Origin: an uncultured delta proteobacterium
Lineage (GTDB): Bacteria > Myxococcota > Kuafuiibacteriia > Kuafuiibacteriales > Kuafuiibacteriaceae
Direction of reading: 5' to 3'
Assembly (NCBI GenBank): GCA_963803435.1
Contig: CAWDML010000009.1
Span: forward strand, 1,312,001 to 1,376,000
Length of the DNA: 64,000 nucleotides
Translations under genes and position numbers: made by a program
Notes under the pieces: model-generated
Told to the model about the DNA's origin: nothing
Seen by the model: the letters and a program-made list of their open reading frames with translations, nothing else
Databases searched by the model: none
Shown: one piece after another, positions 39,742 to 49,652 of the stretch
Numbering within the stretch: the first letter of the stretch is position 1
Layout: the number at the start of each line of letters is the position of its first letter

Positions 39742-42529
39742 TCAGCGCCCCACGATCGCCCGGCTGAATCCGCGCGTCGCCTGATCGATCCCCAGCGCGC
39801 CGCCCGCGGTCAGGTCGAAGAGACCGCCGACGGAGGTGCCCTGCTGGAGGTCGACGGCGTCGACGGTGACCGTAGCGGAGCCGGTGCGATCGAGCATCCC
39901 GGCAGGTGCGGCGGGGATGGCGAGGTTCTCGGCACCGTTGGCGGGGGCGTAGACGTGCCAGGTGCCCTCGGGAGAGGCGAAGGCGATGCGGTACATGTCG
40001 GCGCCCGGGAGCGCCGGCAGGCCGACCTCGCGGCTGGTGCCGGTCCAGGTGGCTTCGAGCGGCGAGTCGAGCCAGCCGTCGCTGAGGTCGACGGTCGTGG
40101 GGATCGCTGCACCGACGAAGAGGCGCGCGGAGCCGGGGCCGGGGAGGCCGTTGTCGATCCGGACGGCGCTGGCGAGGACCGCGTATTGGCCGGCCTCGAG
40201 GCCGCTGTGCGGGGGCGCCATCTTGGTGATGAAGCTGGGTACGATGCCGCTGCCGTTCATGTCGCTCTGACCGTCGAGCCCGAGCGGGACGAAGCCCACG
40301 CTGGGGAGGATCGTCCCAGCGATCACGACGAGCGTGTTCGCGTTGCCGCCGCTGACGAAGGGCAGGTTGTCCACCGCCAGCTGGTAGCGGAGCGACTGCG
40401 GGATCCGCGGTTGCATCGGCTGCGTTGGGAAGTTGCTCCAGTCAGGGATCATCTCGGTGGTGTTGCCGTCGCCGTCGAAGTCGTTGGTGTCGACGATGGT
40501 CGGGATCCCGACCGTCGTGATCGTGGGAACGACCGCGTGCTCGAAGCGCTGGAAGAAGGGGAGAACCAGCGCGACCAGGTTGTTGAGGTTACCGAACGTC
40601 CCGGCGTTGACGTCGACCCGGCCGCCGAACGACCACACCGAGCGCAATCCAGGTTGCGATCGCGCGTAATACTGGGTCTTGAGCGGCAGATTGAAGCCTT
40701 GGATCGCGACCTCGACGGTGTTGCCGGCCGGGATCCCGATCCCGCCGATCATCGGCACCTGAACGGTGATGAGGTCACCGCCGAAGAGGTTGGCGGCGTC
40801 GAAGGTGAACAGCGGCGAGGACATCGAGACGCCCGACAGCGACAGCGACAGGCCGCCCTGCGTCGACACCTGGGAGAGGTCGACGGTGCCCTGCACGCCG
40901 GCCACCACGTCGGGGCGGGTCAGCGGTGGCAGCGGGATCACGACGTCGGTCGCGGTGGCGCCGACCAGCGAGACATAGTCGTAACTCGCGTGGGCGACGG
41001 TCACGTCGTAGGGCGCGGTCGGGTTCGCGGCGAAGACCGCGACGCCCATGGCGTCGGAGACCGCCGACTCGGAGCCGAACGCGCCGGTGATCTGGACGTC
41101 GGCACCCGCAATCGGAGTGCCGTTGGTGGCGCGCAGGACCGTGACCCGGGCGCCGGCGGGGGCGGGGCCGAGGTTCGTGAGCTCGACCGGGTTCGAGGTG
41201 ACCGGGCCGTTCGCGGTCTGAACGCGGGCCCGGATCTCGGTGACGCCCGCGGTGTTGCCGCCCGTGGCCAGGCCGTCCGCGTCGATGGTGGCGACGCCCG
41301 CGACCGAGCTGAGCCACTCGAAGGTGACACCGGCGACCGCACGGTGGGCCTGGTCGAGCGCCAGAGCGGTGAACGCGTAGGTGGTACCGGGCCGCACGAC
41401 GCCCGCCGGCGTGATGATGACGACCTCGACGACCAGGTCCGCCGACGGCGGCGGCTGGCACTCACCGCCGATGCAGACGTCGCCGGCGGTCGGACAGTCC
41501 CCGGGCCCGCGGCAGATGCGGGGGACGCAGACGTCGCCGACGCAATCGAAGTCGGTCGGACACGCGGTGGTGCTGCAGCTCTCAGCGGGGAGGCAGAAGC
41601 CGTTGTCGCAGTAGGCGGTGCCGGTGCAGTCGCGATCCGTGCGGCACGCCGGGAGGGGCTCGCAGCGGTTCGTCTGCTGGTTGCATCCCATCCCGATCGG
41701 GCACTCGCCGTTCGGGCCGCACATCTCCCGGACCACGCAGCGTCCGGTCTCGCAGACCTCCTGCGCCGCCTGATCGCAGTCGTCGTCCATCGTGCACTGT
41801 GGCGCGACGCAGGCGCCGCCGACGCCGGGCGCCGCGTTGTCGTCGCAGATCAGGGGGGCGGTGCACTGACCGTCGTTGAGGCAACGCTGGCGGCACTCCA
41901 TCGCGGCGGTGTCGCAGTACCAGAACTGCGCCGGCGTCCCGCAGTCGCCGTCCATCGTGCAGGCCTCGTTGCAGACGCCATCGACACAGTGGAGGCCGGC
42001 CGGGCAGCCGGTCGAGTCGGTGCAGGTGGTGGGCACCTGGCAGGTGCCGTCGATGCAGACGAGAATCACCGCAGGCCGCGTCGTCGGTGCAGGTGCCGCC
42101 TGGCGGGACACATAGGTTGTCCCCGTTGCAGTAGAGGCCGTCGAGGCACATCCCGGTGTCGTCGCAGGCCTCGGGTGCCTGGCAGGTGCCGTCGCGACAG
42201 ACCAGACCGTCGGCCGCGCACTGGGAGTGGTCGGTGCAGGGCGTCGCGACGCAGGTGTTCCCGGAGCAGCGGGAGGCGCCGCAGTTGGTCACGATGTCGC
42301 AGCTCATGCCGGGGCCGCAGTCGTCGTTCATCTCGCAGGCGTTGCCGGTCCCGGCGACGCAGGAACCGCCCTCGCAGTGCTCGGTGGCAGCGCAATCGTC
42401 GTTGGTGTTGCACTTGCCGGGCGGGAGGATGTTCGTGTCGTCCGAGCAGGCGGAGCCGGACAGGGCCGCGAGGAGGGCGAAGCCCGTCAAGGCGCGGGCG
42501 AGTGTGGGGTCGGTCGGCTTGCAGCGCAC
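39742..42529 (-). CDS. Large Cys-rich lipoprotein with Ig-like/beta-sandwich domains (frameshift near 42068)
   Basis: Lipobox SAC; repeated C..D.DC....C....C units; W.SS...VATIDADG (Big_2-like). Confidence 0.72.
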
Positions 42530-42609
42530 GGGGGCATCAAACCTGCGGGATCACTCGCTGGGTTATCGGACTCTTGACGTAGGGGTGGATGACGGCTGAT
42601 TTGCTCGCC

Positions 42610-43377
42610 ATGCGAACCCGTGCGCTTGTGTTGATGCTGCTGGCCGGCTGCTACGCCCACGCGCGCCGCGACGAGCCCGCGCCGCCCCCGGAGGACGCCG
42701 CCGGCCCGATGGTCTCCATCGGTGGGGGTGCCTTCACCATGGGCGACAACTCCGGCGATCCCGACGAGTACCCCGAGCGGAAGATCACGCTCAGCCCCTA
42801 CAAGATCGATCGAATGGAGGTCACGAACGAGGCCTACCGAATGTGCGTCAAGGCGAAGGCCTGCGATCCCGCCCGCTACCTGGACGATCCCGAGCTCGGC
42901 CTCGACGATCACCCGGTGGTCGGCGTGACCTGGGAGGACGCGACCGGCTTCTGCAAGTGGATCGGCCGGCGCCTCCCCACCGAGGCGGAGTGGGAGCTGG
43001 CGGCCAAGGGCGGCGACTTCCGCAAGTGGCCCTGGGTGGGGGCGTTCAACCCGGCCTACGCGAACACGAACGATCGCAACGACGTCCACACCCATACGGC
43101 GCCGGTGAGCGAATACGAGGCCGGCAAGAGCCCGTTCGGTGTGCTCAACCTGGCCGGGAACGCGGCCGAATGGGTCGCCGACTACTTCGATCCGACCTAC
43201 TATCGCAGCGACGACACCACCACCAACCCGAAGGGTCCGAGCTCCGGGCGCGAGCGGGTGGTGCGCGGGGGATCGTACCGGGACCCGGCCTTCGCCGCCC
43301 GCGTCGCGGCGCGTCGGGCGAAGCTGCCGACCGAGTCGGACAACTCGATCGGCTTCCGCTGCGCCAAGGACGATTAA
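42610..43377 (+). CDS. FGE-sulfatase (SUMF1-type) domain lipoprotein
   Basis: LAGC lipobox; FTMG, EVTN, HPVVGVTW, RLPTEAEWE, GNAAEW, RGGS, GFRCA. Confidence 0.9.
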   Translation: MRTRALVLMLLAGCYAHARRDEPAPPPEDAAGPMVSIGGGAFTMGDNSGDPDEYPERKITLSPYKIDRMEVTNEAYRMCVKAKACDPARYLDDPELGLDDHPVVGVTWEDATGFCKWIGRRLPTEAEWELAAKGGDFRKWPWVGAFNPAYANTNDRNDVHTHTAPVSEYEAGKSPFGVLNLAGNAAEWVADYFDPTYYRSDDTTTNPKGPSSGRERVVRGGSYRDPAFAARVAARRAKLPTESDNSIGFRCAKDD

Positions 43378-43378
43378 T

Positions 43379-43407
43379 TTGACGGGCTGGATCGCGTCCA
43401 TTAGCGT
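43379..43407 (+). promoter_or_regulatory. Sigma70-type promoter
   Basis: TTGACG-N17-TAGCGT ending 8 nt before the ATG at 43416. Confidence 0.6.
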
Positions 43408-43415
43408 CGTTGGGC

Positions 43416-43715
43416 ATGACGGAGCGAAGCCCACGGGGCAAACGGGGCCGGGCCCGAGTCCTCACGGAGACCTCTCTCGACGAGACGGAGGAGAAGGTGA
43501 TCCGCATGCGGCACGGGCTCGGTGCCCCTGACGACATGCCGCTTCCCCGTGTCGGACAGGATCGCCCGGAGGTTCGGGATCAGCTCCGCGAGATTGAGCT
43601 TCGCGCCCTGGAGCGGAGCGGACGGCTGCGGGAGCTCCAGCAGGAGGTCGGCCTCGAGCCGGTCGAGAGCAATCCCGGCATCAAGGCCAAGATCATCGAT
43701 CGCTTGAAGGACTGA
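43416..43715 (+). CDS. Small stand-alone sigma70 region-4-like protein
   Basis: LDETEEKVIRMRHGLG...LPRVG...RDQLREIELRALER parallels the RpoD region 4 pattern. Confidence 0.65.
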   Translation: MTERSPRGKRGRARVLTETSLDETEEKVIRMRHGLGAPDDMPLPRVGQDRPEVRDQLREIELRALERSGRLRELQQEVGLEPVESNPGIKAKIIDRLKD

Positions 43716-43742
43716 ACGCTTTCACGACATGGTGACCCTCGC

Positions 43743-46700
43743 GTGGTGGGACCGACGACCATCGGCCGCTACCGGCTCATCAAACGCGTTGGCGCGGGCG
43801 GGATGGGGGTCGTCTACGAGGCGATCGACACCCGCGACGATCGCCGCTGCGCGCTGAAGGTCCTCCTCCCGCACGCCGCCGAAGAAGCCGAAGGGCTGCT
43901 CCGCTTCAAGCGGGAGTTCCGGGCGCTGGCCCGCCTCCGGCACCCCAACATCGTCCGGGTCTACGACGCGGGGCTCGAGAACGACGTCCCGTTCATCGCG
44001 ATGGAGTTCATCGAGGGGCGCGACGTCCGCCGCCACTTGCGCGCGATCCCGGACGGGCCGGCCCGCGACCGCGAGTCCCGCCGTTGCCTGAGGCAGATCT
44101 TCGGCGCGCTGGCCCACATCCACGTGCGGCGCATCGTCCACCGCGATCTCAAGCCGGAGAACATCCTGGTGACCGCGGACGGCCGGGTGAAGCTGATGGA
44201 CTTCGGCGTGGCCCGCCTGCTGCGTGCCCCCACCTCGAGCTCCGGCCTCCTGGGAACGTTCGCGTACATGGCGCCCGAGCAGGTGACCAGCGGCGAGATC
44301 GACGGGCGCAGTGATCTCTACGCGATCGGCGTGCTCATGTACGAGATCCTCACCGGCGACTATCCGTTCCCGGTCGAGCCGCCCGCGGCCGCGCTCCACC
44401 ACCACGTCAACACGCACCCGCAGCCGATCACCACGGTGGACCAGAAGGCGGATCCCCAGCTGGCGGCGCTGGCGCACAAGCTCCTGGAGAAGGATCCGCT
44501 CGATCGATTGCAGACCGCCGAGGAGGCCTTCGCCTACCTCACCGACGAGGACAACACGGGCGGGCAGATGGAGCAGTCGCTGCCCGGACAGCTGTTCACG
44601 CCGCGCTTCGTGGGGCGCCGCCTGGAGCTCGAGTTTCTCGATCGGGTCGTCAAGGACGCGACCGCTGGGAGAGGCCGCCTGATCGTGATCGAGGGCCCGA
44701 GCGGGATGGGCAAGTCGCGGCTGCTCTACGAGCTCCGGTCGCGGATCAAACGGCGTACGCACGTGCTGGTGGGACAGTGCGCCTCCGATCGCGCGCAGCC
44801 GTACGGCCCGGTGCAGACCGTCCTCGACGACATCGCCGCCATCGCCGCGCGCGCGCCCAGCGACGTGATGCGCAAGATCCTGGGGCGGGACGCAGCGCTG
44901 GTCCACGCCGTCTCACCACGGCTCGGCGAGCTCGGCGGTCCGGCCACCGTCGATCACCTGGACGCCTCCGAGCGGAAGGTGCGGCTCCACAAGGCCATCG
45001 TCGGGGTGATCGGACGGCTCGCGCTCACCCGCTCGGTGGTGCTGGCCTTTGACGACATCCACTGGGCCGACTCCTCGACGCTCGAGCTGATCTGGGACGC
45101 CTCGCGAACGCTCCTGGCGCCGCGGCCCGGCGGCACCGGCAGCGAGACCGTGTGCCCGGTGGCCGTGGTGCTGACGCGGCGCTCGCTGGCCGAGGGGCCC
45201 GATCAATCGGAGCAGCTGATCCGCAGGCTCGACGAGAAGGGCTCGATCGAGCGCATGCAGCTGTCCTCGCTCGAGATGGACGACGTCGCCGAGATGATGC
45301 GGACGATGACCGGCGTCCATCGACCACTCCGCACCGCGATCGACGAGACGATGCGCGCGACCCACGGTCGTCCGCTGATCGTGCAAGACATCCTGCAGTC
45401 GTGGGTCGACGACGGCACGCTGGTGCGACGCCACGGCTCCTGGTTCTTCCGCGACGATCCGCTGGACGCCGGGCGTGACGACACGCCGATGTTCGACGCC
45501 GCCGACAGCACGAACCCGGAGGCGCCGGCCGTCGGCAGCCGGCGCCCGCCCGCCCACGGCGACGATGCCATGCTCCAGAAGCTCCAGAAGCTCTCCGACG
45601 GCGCACGCACGCTGCTGGAGAAGCTGGCCCTGCTCGGGCGCCTCTTGTCGGCGGAGCTGGTCTCGGCGGTGGCGGGGGACGAGGAGGAGTCGTTCCTCGA
45701 CGCCATCGACGAGCTGGTGCGGGCCGGCCTGCTCGTCGAAGACGTCTCCCACCTGGGGGTGCGCTACCGCTTCTATCACGAGGGCTTCCGCGAGGCGGTG
45801 GCGCGCGCGCTCAACGCCGCCTACCGGACGGAGCTCCACCGGTTCATCGCCGAGCAGCTCGAGCGGAAGTTCCGCAACCGTCGCAGCGAGCTGGCCCACG
45901 TGCTCGCGCGCCACTACCGGCAGGGCGGCTGCCCCGAGCGCGCGATCGCGTTCCTCAGGATGACCGCGGCCTCGGCCTCGGCGCGCGGCGATCTCGACGC
46001 CGCCATGCGACGCCTCTCCGACGCGCTCGCGATCATCGACGAGCGTCCCCGCACCCCGGCCGAGGCGACGCGCCGCCTGAAGGTGCTCATCGCGCAGATC
46101 GATCTCTTGCTCGACTTCGGCCGCCCGCGCGAGGCGCTCGATCGCGCCGATCCCGAGGCCGCCATGTCCGCCCGCGACTCTGAGGTGATGCGCTCCGAGC
46201 TGATGCTCCGCCGCGCCGCCTGCCAGTTCGCCCTCGGTAAGCTCGACGAGTGCCTCACCACCCTCGGCCGCATGTCGCCCAAGGCCCCCACGCGTTCGCT
46301 GGGCGCCCGCTCGCTCGAGCTCGAGGGCCGCGCCCGCGTCTCCCGCGGCGAGTATGCGCAGGCGAGGGCGGTGCTCCAGGCGGCCCACGACATCGCCGAG
46401 GACGCCGGCCTCTACGATCTGGCGAAGGAGCTCGACGCCAAGGTCGGCATGGTGATGCTGCATCAGGGCGACTACGGCGGGGCGCTCGCCAAGCTCGAGT
46501 CCGGCCTCGCCCGCGCCCGCGAGTGGGGCGACGCCCGGCTGATCGCCGAGATGCTCGGCCACATCGGCATGATCCACGCGGCCCGCGCCAACAGCACCGA
46601 AGCCCTGACCTGCTTCCGCGAGGCCATCGAGATCGCCGAGGCCCGCGGCGTCCGCGCCGACCTCGAGCGCTGGTCCGGCGAGCTCGGCATGCTGATGACC

Positions 46701-47198
46701 GACCTCGGAGACTTCGACGGCGCCCTCTTGAAGCTCAAGCAGGCGCTCGAGATCGCCCGCGAGACCGGCAGCCGGCAGGGCGAGGCGACCTGGCGAGGCG
46801 AGATCGGCGTGCACCACCTGCGCGCGGGTCACCTGGACCTGGCGCTCTCCGAGCTCACCCGCTGCCTCGCCATCGCCCGCGAGATCGGCTTCTCGCTCTA
46901 CGAGGGCTGGGCCCACGTCTACCTGGGCGCGCTCGAGGTGGAGAAGAGCTACCACAGCTTCCAGCAGGCGCTCGAGCACATCGAGGCGGGCCTCGAGATC
47001 GCCGAGGAGCTCGAGAACCGCGAGCTCCGGATCGCCGGCCTGCTCCAGCTCGGCCGCGTCCGCCGGGCCGAGGGCGACCACGCCCGCGCCCGGAACACCC
47101 TCGAGGAGGCCGACGCGCTGGCGGTGGCGTCGGAGAACCTCCGGCTCCGGGTCCAGATCCAGGAGGAGCTGGTGGCGATCACGATGAAGCCGGGATGA
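43743..47198 (+). CDS. Ser/Thr kinase - AAA ATPase - TPR fusion (STAND-like)
   Basis: GAGGMG, HRDLKPEN, DFG; FVGR, Walker A GPSGMGKS, Walker B FDDIHWAD; C-terminal TPR-like helices. Confidence 0.9.
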   Translation: MVGPTTIGRYRLIKRVGAGGMGVVYEAIDTRDDRRCALKVLLPHAAEEAEGLLRFKREFRALARLRHPNIVRVYDAGLENDVPFIAMEFIEGRDVRRHLRAIPDGPARDRESRRCLRQIFGALAHIHVRRIVHRDLKPENILVTADGRVKLMDFGVARLLRAPTSSSGLLGTFAYMAPEQVTSGEIDGRSDLYAIGVLMYEILTGDYPFPVEPPAAALHHHVNTHPQPITTVDQKADPQLAALAHKLLEKDPLDRLQTAEEAFAYLTDEDNTGGQMEQSLPGQLFTPRFVGRRLELEFLDRVVKDATAGRGRLIVIEGPSGMGKSRLLYELRSRIKRRTHVLVGQCASDRAQPYGPVQTVLDDIAAIAARAPSDVMRKILGRDAALVHAVSPRLGELGGPATVDHLDASERKVRLHKAIVGVIGRLALTRSVVLAFDDIHWADSSTLELIWDASRTLLAPRPGGTGSETVCPVAVVLTRRSLAEGPDQSEQLIRRLDEKGSIERMQLSSLEMDDVAEMMRTMTGVHRPLRTAIDETMRATHGRPLIVQDILQSWVDDGTLVRRHGSWFFRDDPLDAGRDDTPMFDAADSTNPEAPAVGSRRPPAHGDDAMLQKLQKLSDGARTLLEKLALLGRLLSAELVSAVAGDEEESFLDAIDELVRAGLLVEDVSHLGVRYRFYHEGFREAVARALNAAYRTELHRFIAEQLERKFRNRRSELAHVLARHYRQGGCPERAIAFLRMTAASASARGDLDAAMRRLSDALAIIDERPRTPAEATRRLKVLIAQIDLLLDFGRPREALDRADPEAAMSARDSEVMRSELMLRRAACQFALGKLDECLTTLGRMSPKAPTRSLGARSLELEGRARVSRGEYAQARAVLQAAHDIAEDAGLYDLAKELDAKVGMVMLHQGDYGGALAKLESGLARAREWGDARLIAEMLGHIGMIHAARANSTEALTCFREAIEIAEARGVRADLERWSGELGMLMTDLGDFDGALLKLKQALEIARETGSRQGEATWRGEIGVHHLRAGHLDLALSELTRCLAIAREIGFSLYEGWAHVYLGALEVEKSYHSFQQALEHIEAGLEIAEELENRELRIAGLLQLGRVRRAEGDHARARNTLEEADALAVASENLRLRVQIQEELVAITMKPG

Positions 47199-47233
47199 GA
47201 CCACTTCACCGGAGCTTCCGAATCATGCGCGAG

Positions 47234-47507
47234 CGATAACGGCGAGGCCTCGCAAGGAGCGAAGCGACGCGCAGCAGCGCGCGAAGCGCGATGCGAAGGG
47301 CCGCAGGCGACTTCACGTCGCCGATAACGGCGAGGCCTCGCAAGGAGCGAAGCGACGCGCAGCAGCGCGCGAAGCGCGATGCGAAGGGCCGCAGGCGACT
47401 TCACGTCGCCGATAACGGCGAGGCCTCGCAAGGAGCGAAGCGACGCGCAGCAGCGCGCGAAGCGCGATGCGAAGGGCCGCAGGCGACTTCACGTCGCCGA
47501 TAACGGC
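47234..47507. repeat. Three identical 88-bp tandem units plus a partial fourth; REP/BIME-like and hairpin-rich
   Basis: GATAACGGC recurs at 47235, 47323, 47411 and 47499, with identical intervening sequence. Confidence 0.95.
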
Positions 47508-47518
47508 CAAGTCCCGAC

Positions 47519-49096
47519 TCAGTCCGTCGCGAAGCAGTAGATGTGGCCGCGGCCGAGCGTGCAGACCAGCGTGAAGAAGTCGCAGCCCGCCGGGTGAGCG
47601 GAGTTCCAGGAGCTGTCCTCGTTGTCCGGGCGGCCTTGCTGGCCGTCCGCGTGTCCCACGGTGCCGAACGTGTCGATCACCGACGAGGTCCAGCCGAGGC
47701 AGTCGTCGCCGGAGGGGGTGCCGTCGGGGTTGGAGCCGGTGTAGACGTCGTGCTCGATGCCCCACTCCACGTGGGTCCCGTGCTCATCCACGATCAGCGA
47801 CGCGGAGACCTGGTCGGCGTGGAGGGCGTCGACGCAGGAGGGGTTGCCGGCGGTGTTGCAGGTGTCGCTGACGATGCGCTCGCCGTAGGCGTTGAACCAG
47901 GGGCCGGCGCCGATTCAATCGCGGGCGGCGATGCCGCCCTGCATGTCCGAGAGGTAGGCACGCCAGGTCTTGCCGGTGACGCCGGCGGCCTCGGCGAGCT
48001 GGCGGCAGCGGTCGTCGGCGCCGGCGAGGCCTCCCAGGTTGCCGCCGTTCATCATGGTGCCGTCCGAGCTGATGAAGAAGGTCATCGTGGGGGAGGCCGA
48101 GGTGAACGGGTCGCACTGCCAGCCGGGGGAGCGGGTGGGCTTCCAGCGACAGGCGGTGTCGGCGGCGCAGCTGCCGCAGGTGCCGCCGCAGTCGTCCGGC
48201 CCGCACTGCCAATCCGCGCAGGTCGGGGTGCACGCGGTCTCGCAGTAGCACAGGCCGCTCGGGAGGCAAGTGAGACCGACGGGGCAGGTCCCGCAGCAGC
48301 CGTCCGCGCTGCACTCGAGGCCGGTGCAATCTCGGTTGCAACCCTCGCACTGGCCGGCGGCGTTGCACATCTCGTTCGGGTCGCAGGCGCCGCAGCTTCC
48401 GCCGCAGCCGTCGTCGCCGCAGACCCGGCCAGCGCAGCTGGGGGCGCAGCACTGGCCGGAGGCGAAGTCGCAGAGCTCCGTGGGCTGGCAGTCCCCGCAG
48501 GAGCCATTGCAGCCATCGTCGCCGCACTGGCGCCCCGTGCAGGCCGGGGTGCAGACCTCGCACTGGCGAGCGCCGTTGCAGATGTCGCCCTGCGGGCAGT
48601 CGCCGCAGGAGCCGCCGCAGCCGTCGTCGCCGCAGGCCGCGCCCGCGCAGCTCGGCTCGCAGCAGGTGCCGTCCGCGGCGCAGGTGGCGGAGGTGCTGGT
48701 GCAGGTGCCGCAGGAGCCGTTGCAGCCGTCGTCCCCGCACTCGCGGCCGGTGCAGCTCGGCATGCAGACGAAGCAGCGGCCGTCGGCGCCGCAGGTCAGC
48801 TCGGGGGAACACAATCCGCAGGAGCCGCCGCAGCCGTCGTCGCCGCAGTCGCAATCGGTGCAGTTCGCCGTGCAGCCCGTCGCGCACCGCCCGGCCGCCG
48901 TGCACGACTCGCCGGTCGCGCAGGTGCCGCACAGGCCGCCGCAGCCGTCGACGCCGCAGCTCCGTCCCTCGCAGCGGGGCGTGCAGGGCGGCGGCGGCTC
49001 GTTGTGAGAGGTCGACGGGCATCCGCACAGCAGCGCCAGCAGGACCGTGGTCGTTGTCGCTCTCGGAGCTCTCACCGGGCGCGCCATCAGTACCAT
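47519..49096 (-). pseudogene. Cys-rich repeat exported protein with a C-terminal DUF1554/endostatin-like domain, interrupted by an in-frame TGA at 47915-47917
   Basis: Repeats of C.P.C.G..CG.DGC.G.CG.C; NLGGLAGAD..C, WRAYLS, ARD*IGAGPW; reading frame continues to GHIYCFA. Confidence 0.72.
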
Positions 49097-49114
49097 ACCG
49101 TCAGGTGAGCGGGA

Positions 49115-49648
49115 TCAGGCGTAGGCCGCGATCTTCTCCTCGATCCGCGCCTCCAGGAGGGCGCTGGCGCCACGGAGGGTGTCGCGGATCTGCCGCGCCT
49201 CCTCCCGATAGCGGCGGCGCTTGTCGTGGGTCCAGTGGTGCGGGGGCGGCTCGAGGTTCGTGATCCGATCGGCCAGCTTCACCGCCCAGACCTCGCGGGG
49301 CTGGGCCCGGATCCGCGCCAGCGAGTCCGTCATGCGCGCTGACTTCTCCAGGGCCTCGTCCTTGGTCAGCGCCGAGACGCCCGCCGCCACGCGCGGGCCG
49401 AACGCGGCCTCGATCGACTCGACCGAGACGCCCGCGTCCTCGATCGTATCGTGGAGCAGCGCGCAGGGGATCGCGAGGTCCGCGTCCAACACCGGGTCCG
49501 CGGCGCAGGCGGCGATCGTCTCCATCGCCACCTTCGACAGATGCACCACGTACGGCAGGCCGCTGCCCGGCACGCGCTGGTCACCGTGGGCCTCGGCCGC
49601 AAAGTCGAGCGCGCGCTTGTAGACCTCCTGGGAGAAGATCGCCTTCAT
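49115..49648 (-). CDS. HD-domain small alarmone hydrolase (Mesh1/SpoT-HD-like)
   Basis: AAEAH..Q, PYVVH, LHDTIED, VKLADRITNL. Confidence 0.85.
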   Translation of the reverse strand: MKAIFSQEVYKRALDFAAEAHGDQRVPGSGLPYVVHLSKVAMETIAACAADPVLDADLAIPCALLHDTIEDAGVSVESIEAAFGPRVAAGVSALTKDEALEKSARMTDSLARIRAQPREVWAVKLADRITNLEPPPHHWTHDKRRRYREEARQIRDTLRGASALLEARIEEKIAAYA

Positions 49649-49652
49649 CGCC

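Noticed and set aside
39223-42582. Long alternative-frame ORFs (e.g. 1119 aa + strand; also 7892-10054, 44913-47204, 57968-60310)
   Set aside because: They are antisense shadows of real genes, typical of high-GC DNA, with Arg/Gly/Ala-rich translations and no motifs.
47234-47507. Possible CRISPR array
   Set aside because: The units are identical over all 88 bp with no unique spacers, and there are no cas genes in the window.
43743-49648. Anti-phage defence island (STAND kinase plus HD hydrolase)
   Set aside because: Kinase-AAA-TPR proteins are common myxobacterial signalling proteins, there is no effector nuclease domain, and the HD gene is in a separate, oppositely oriented unit.
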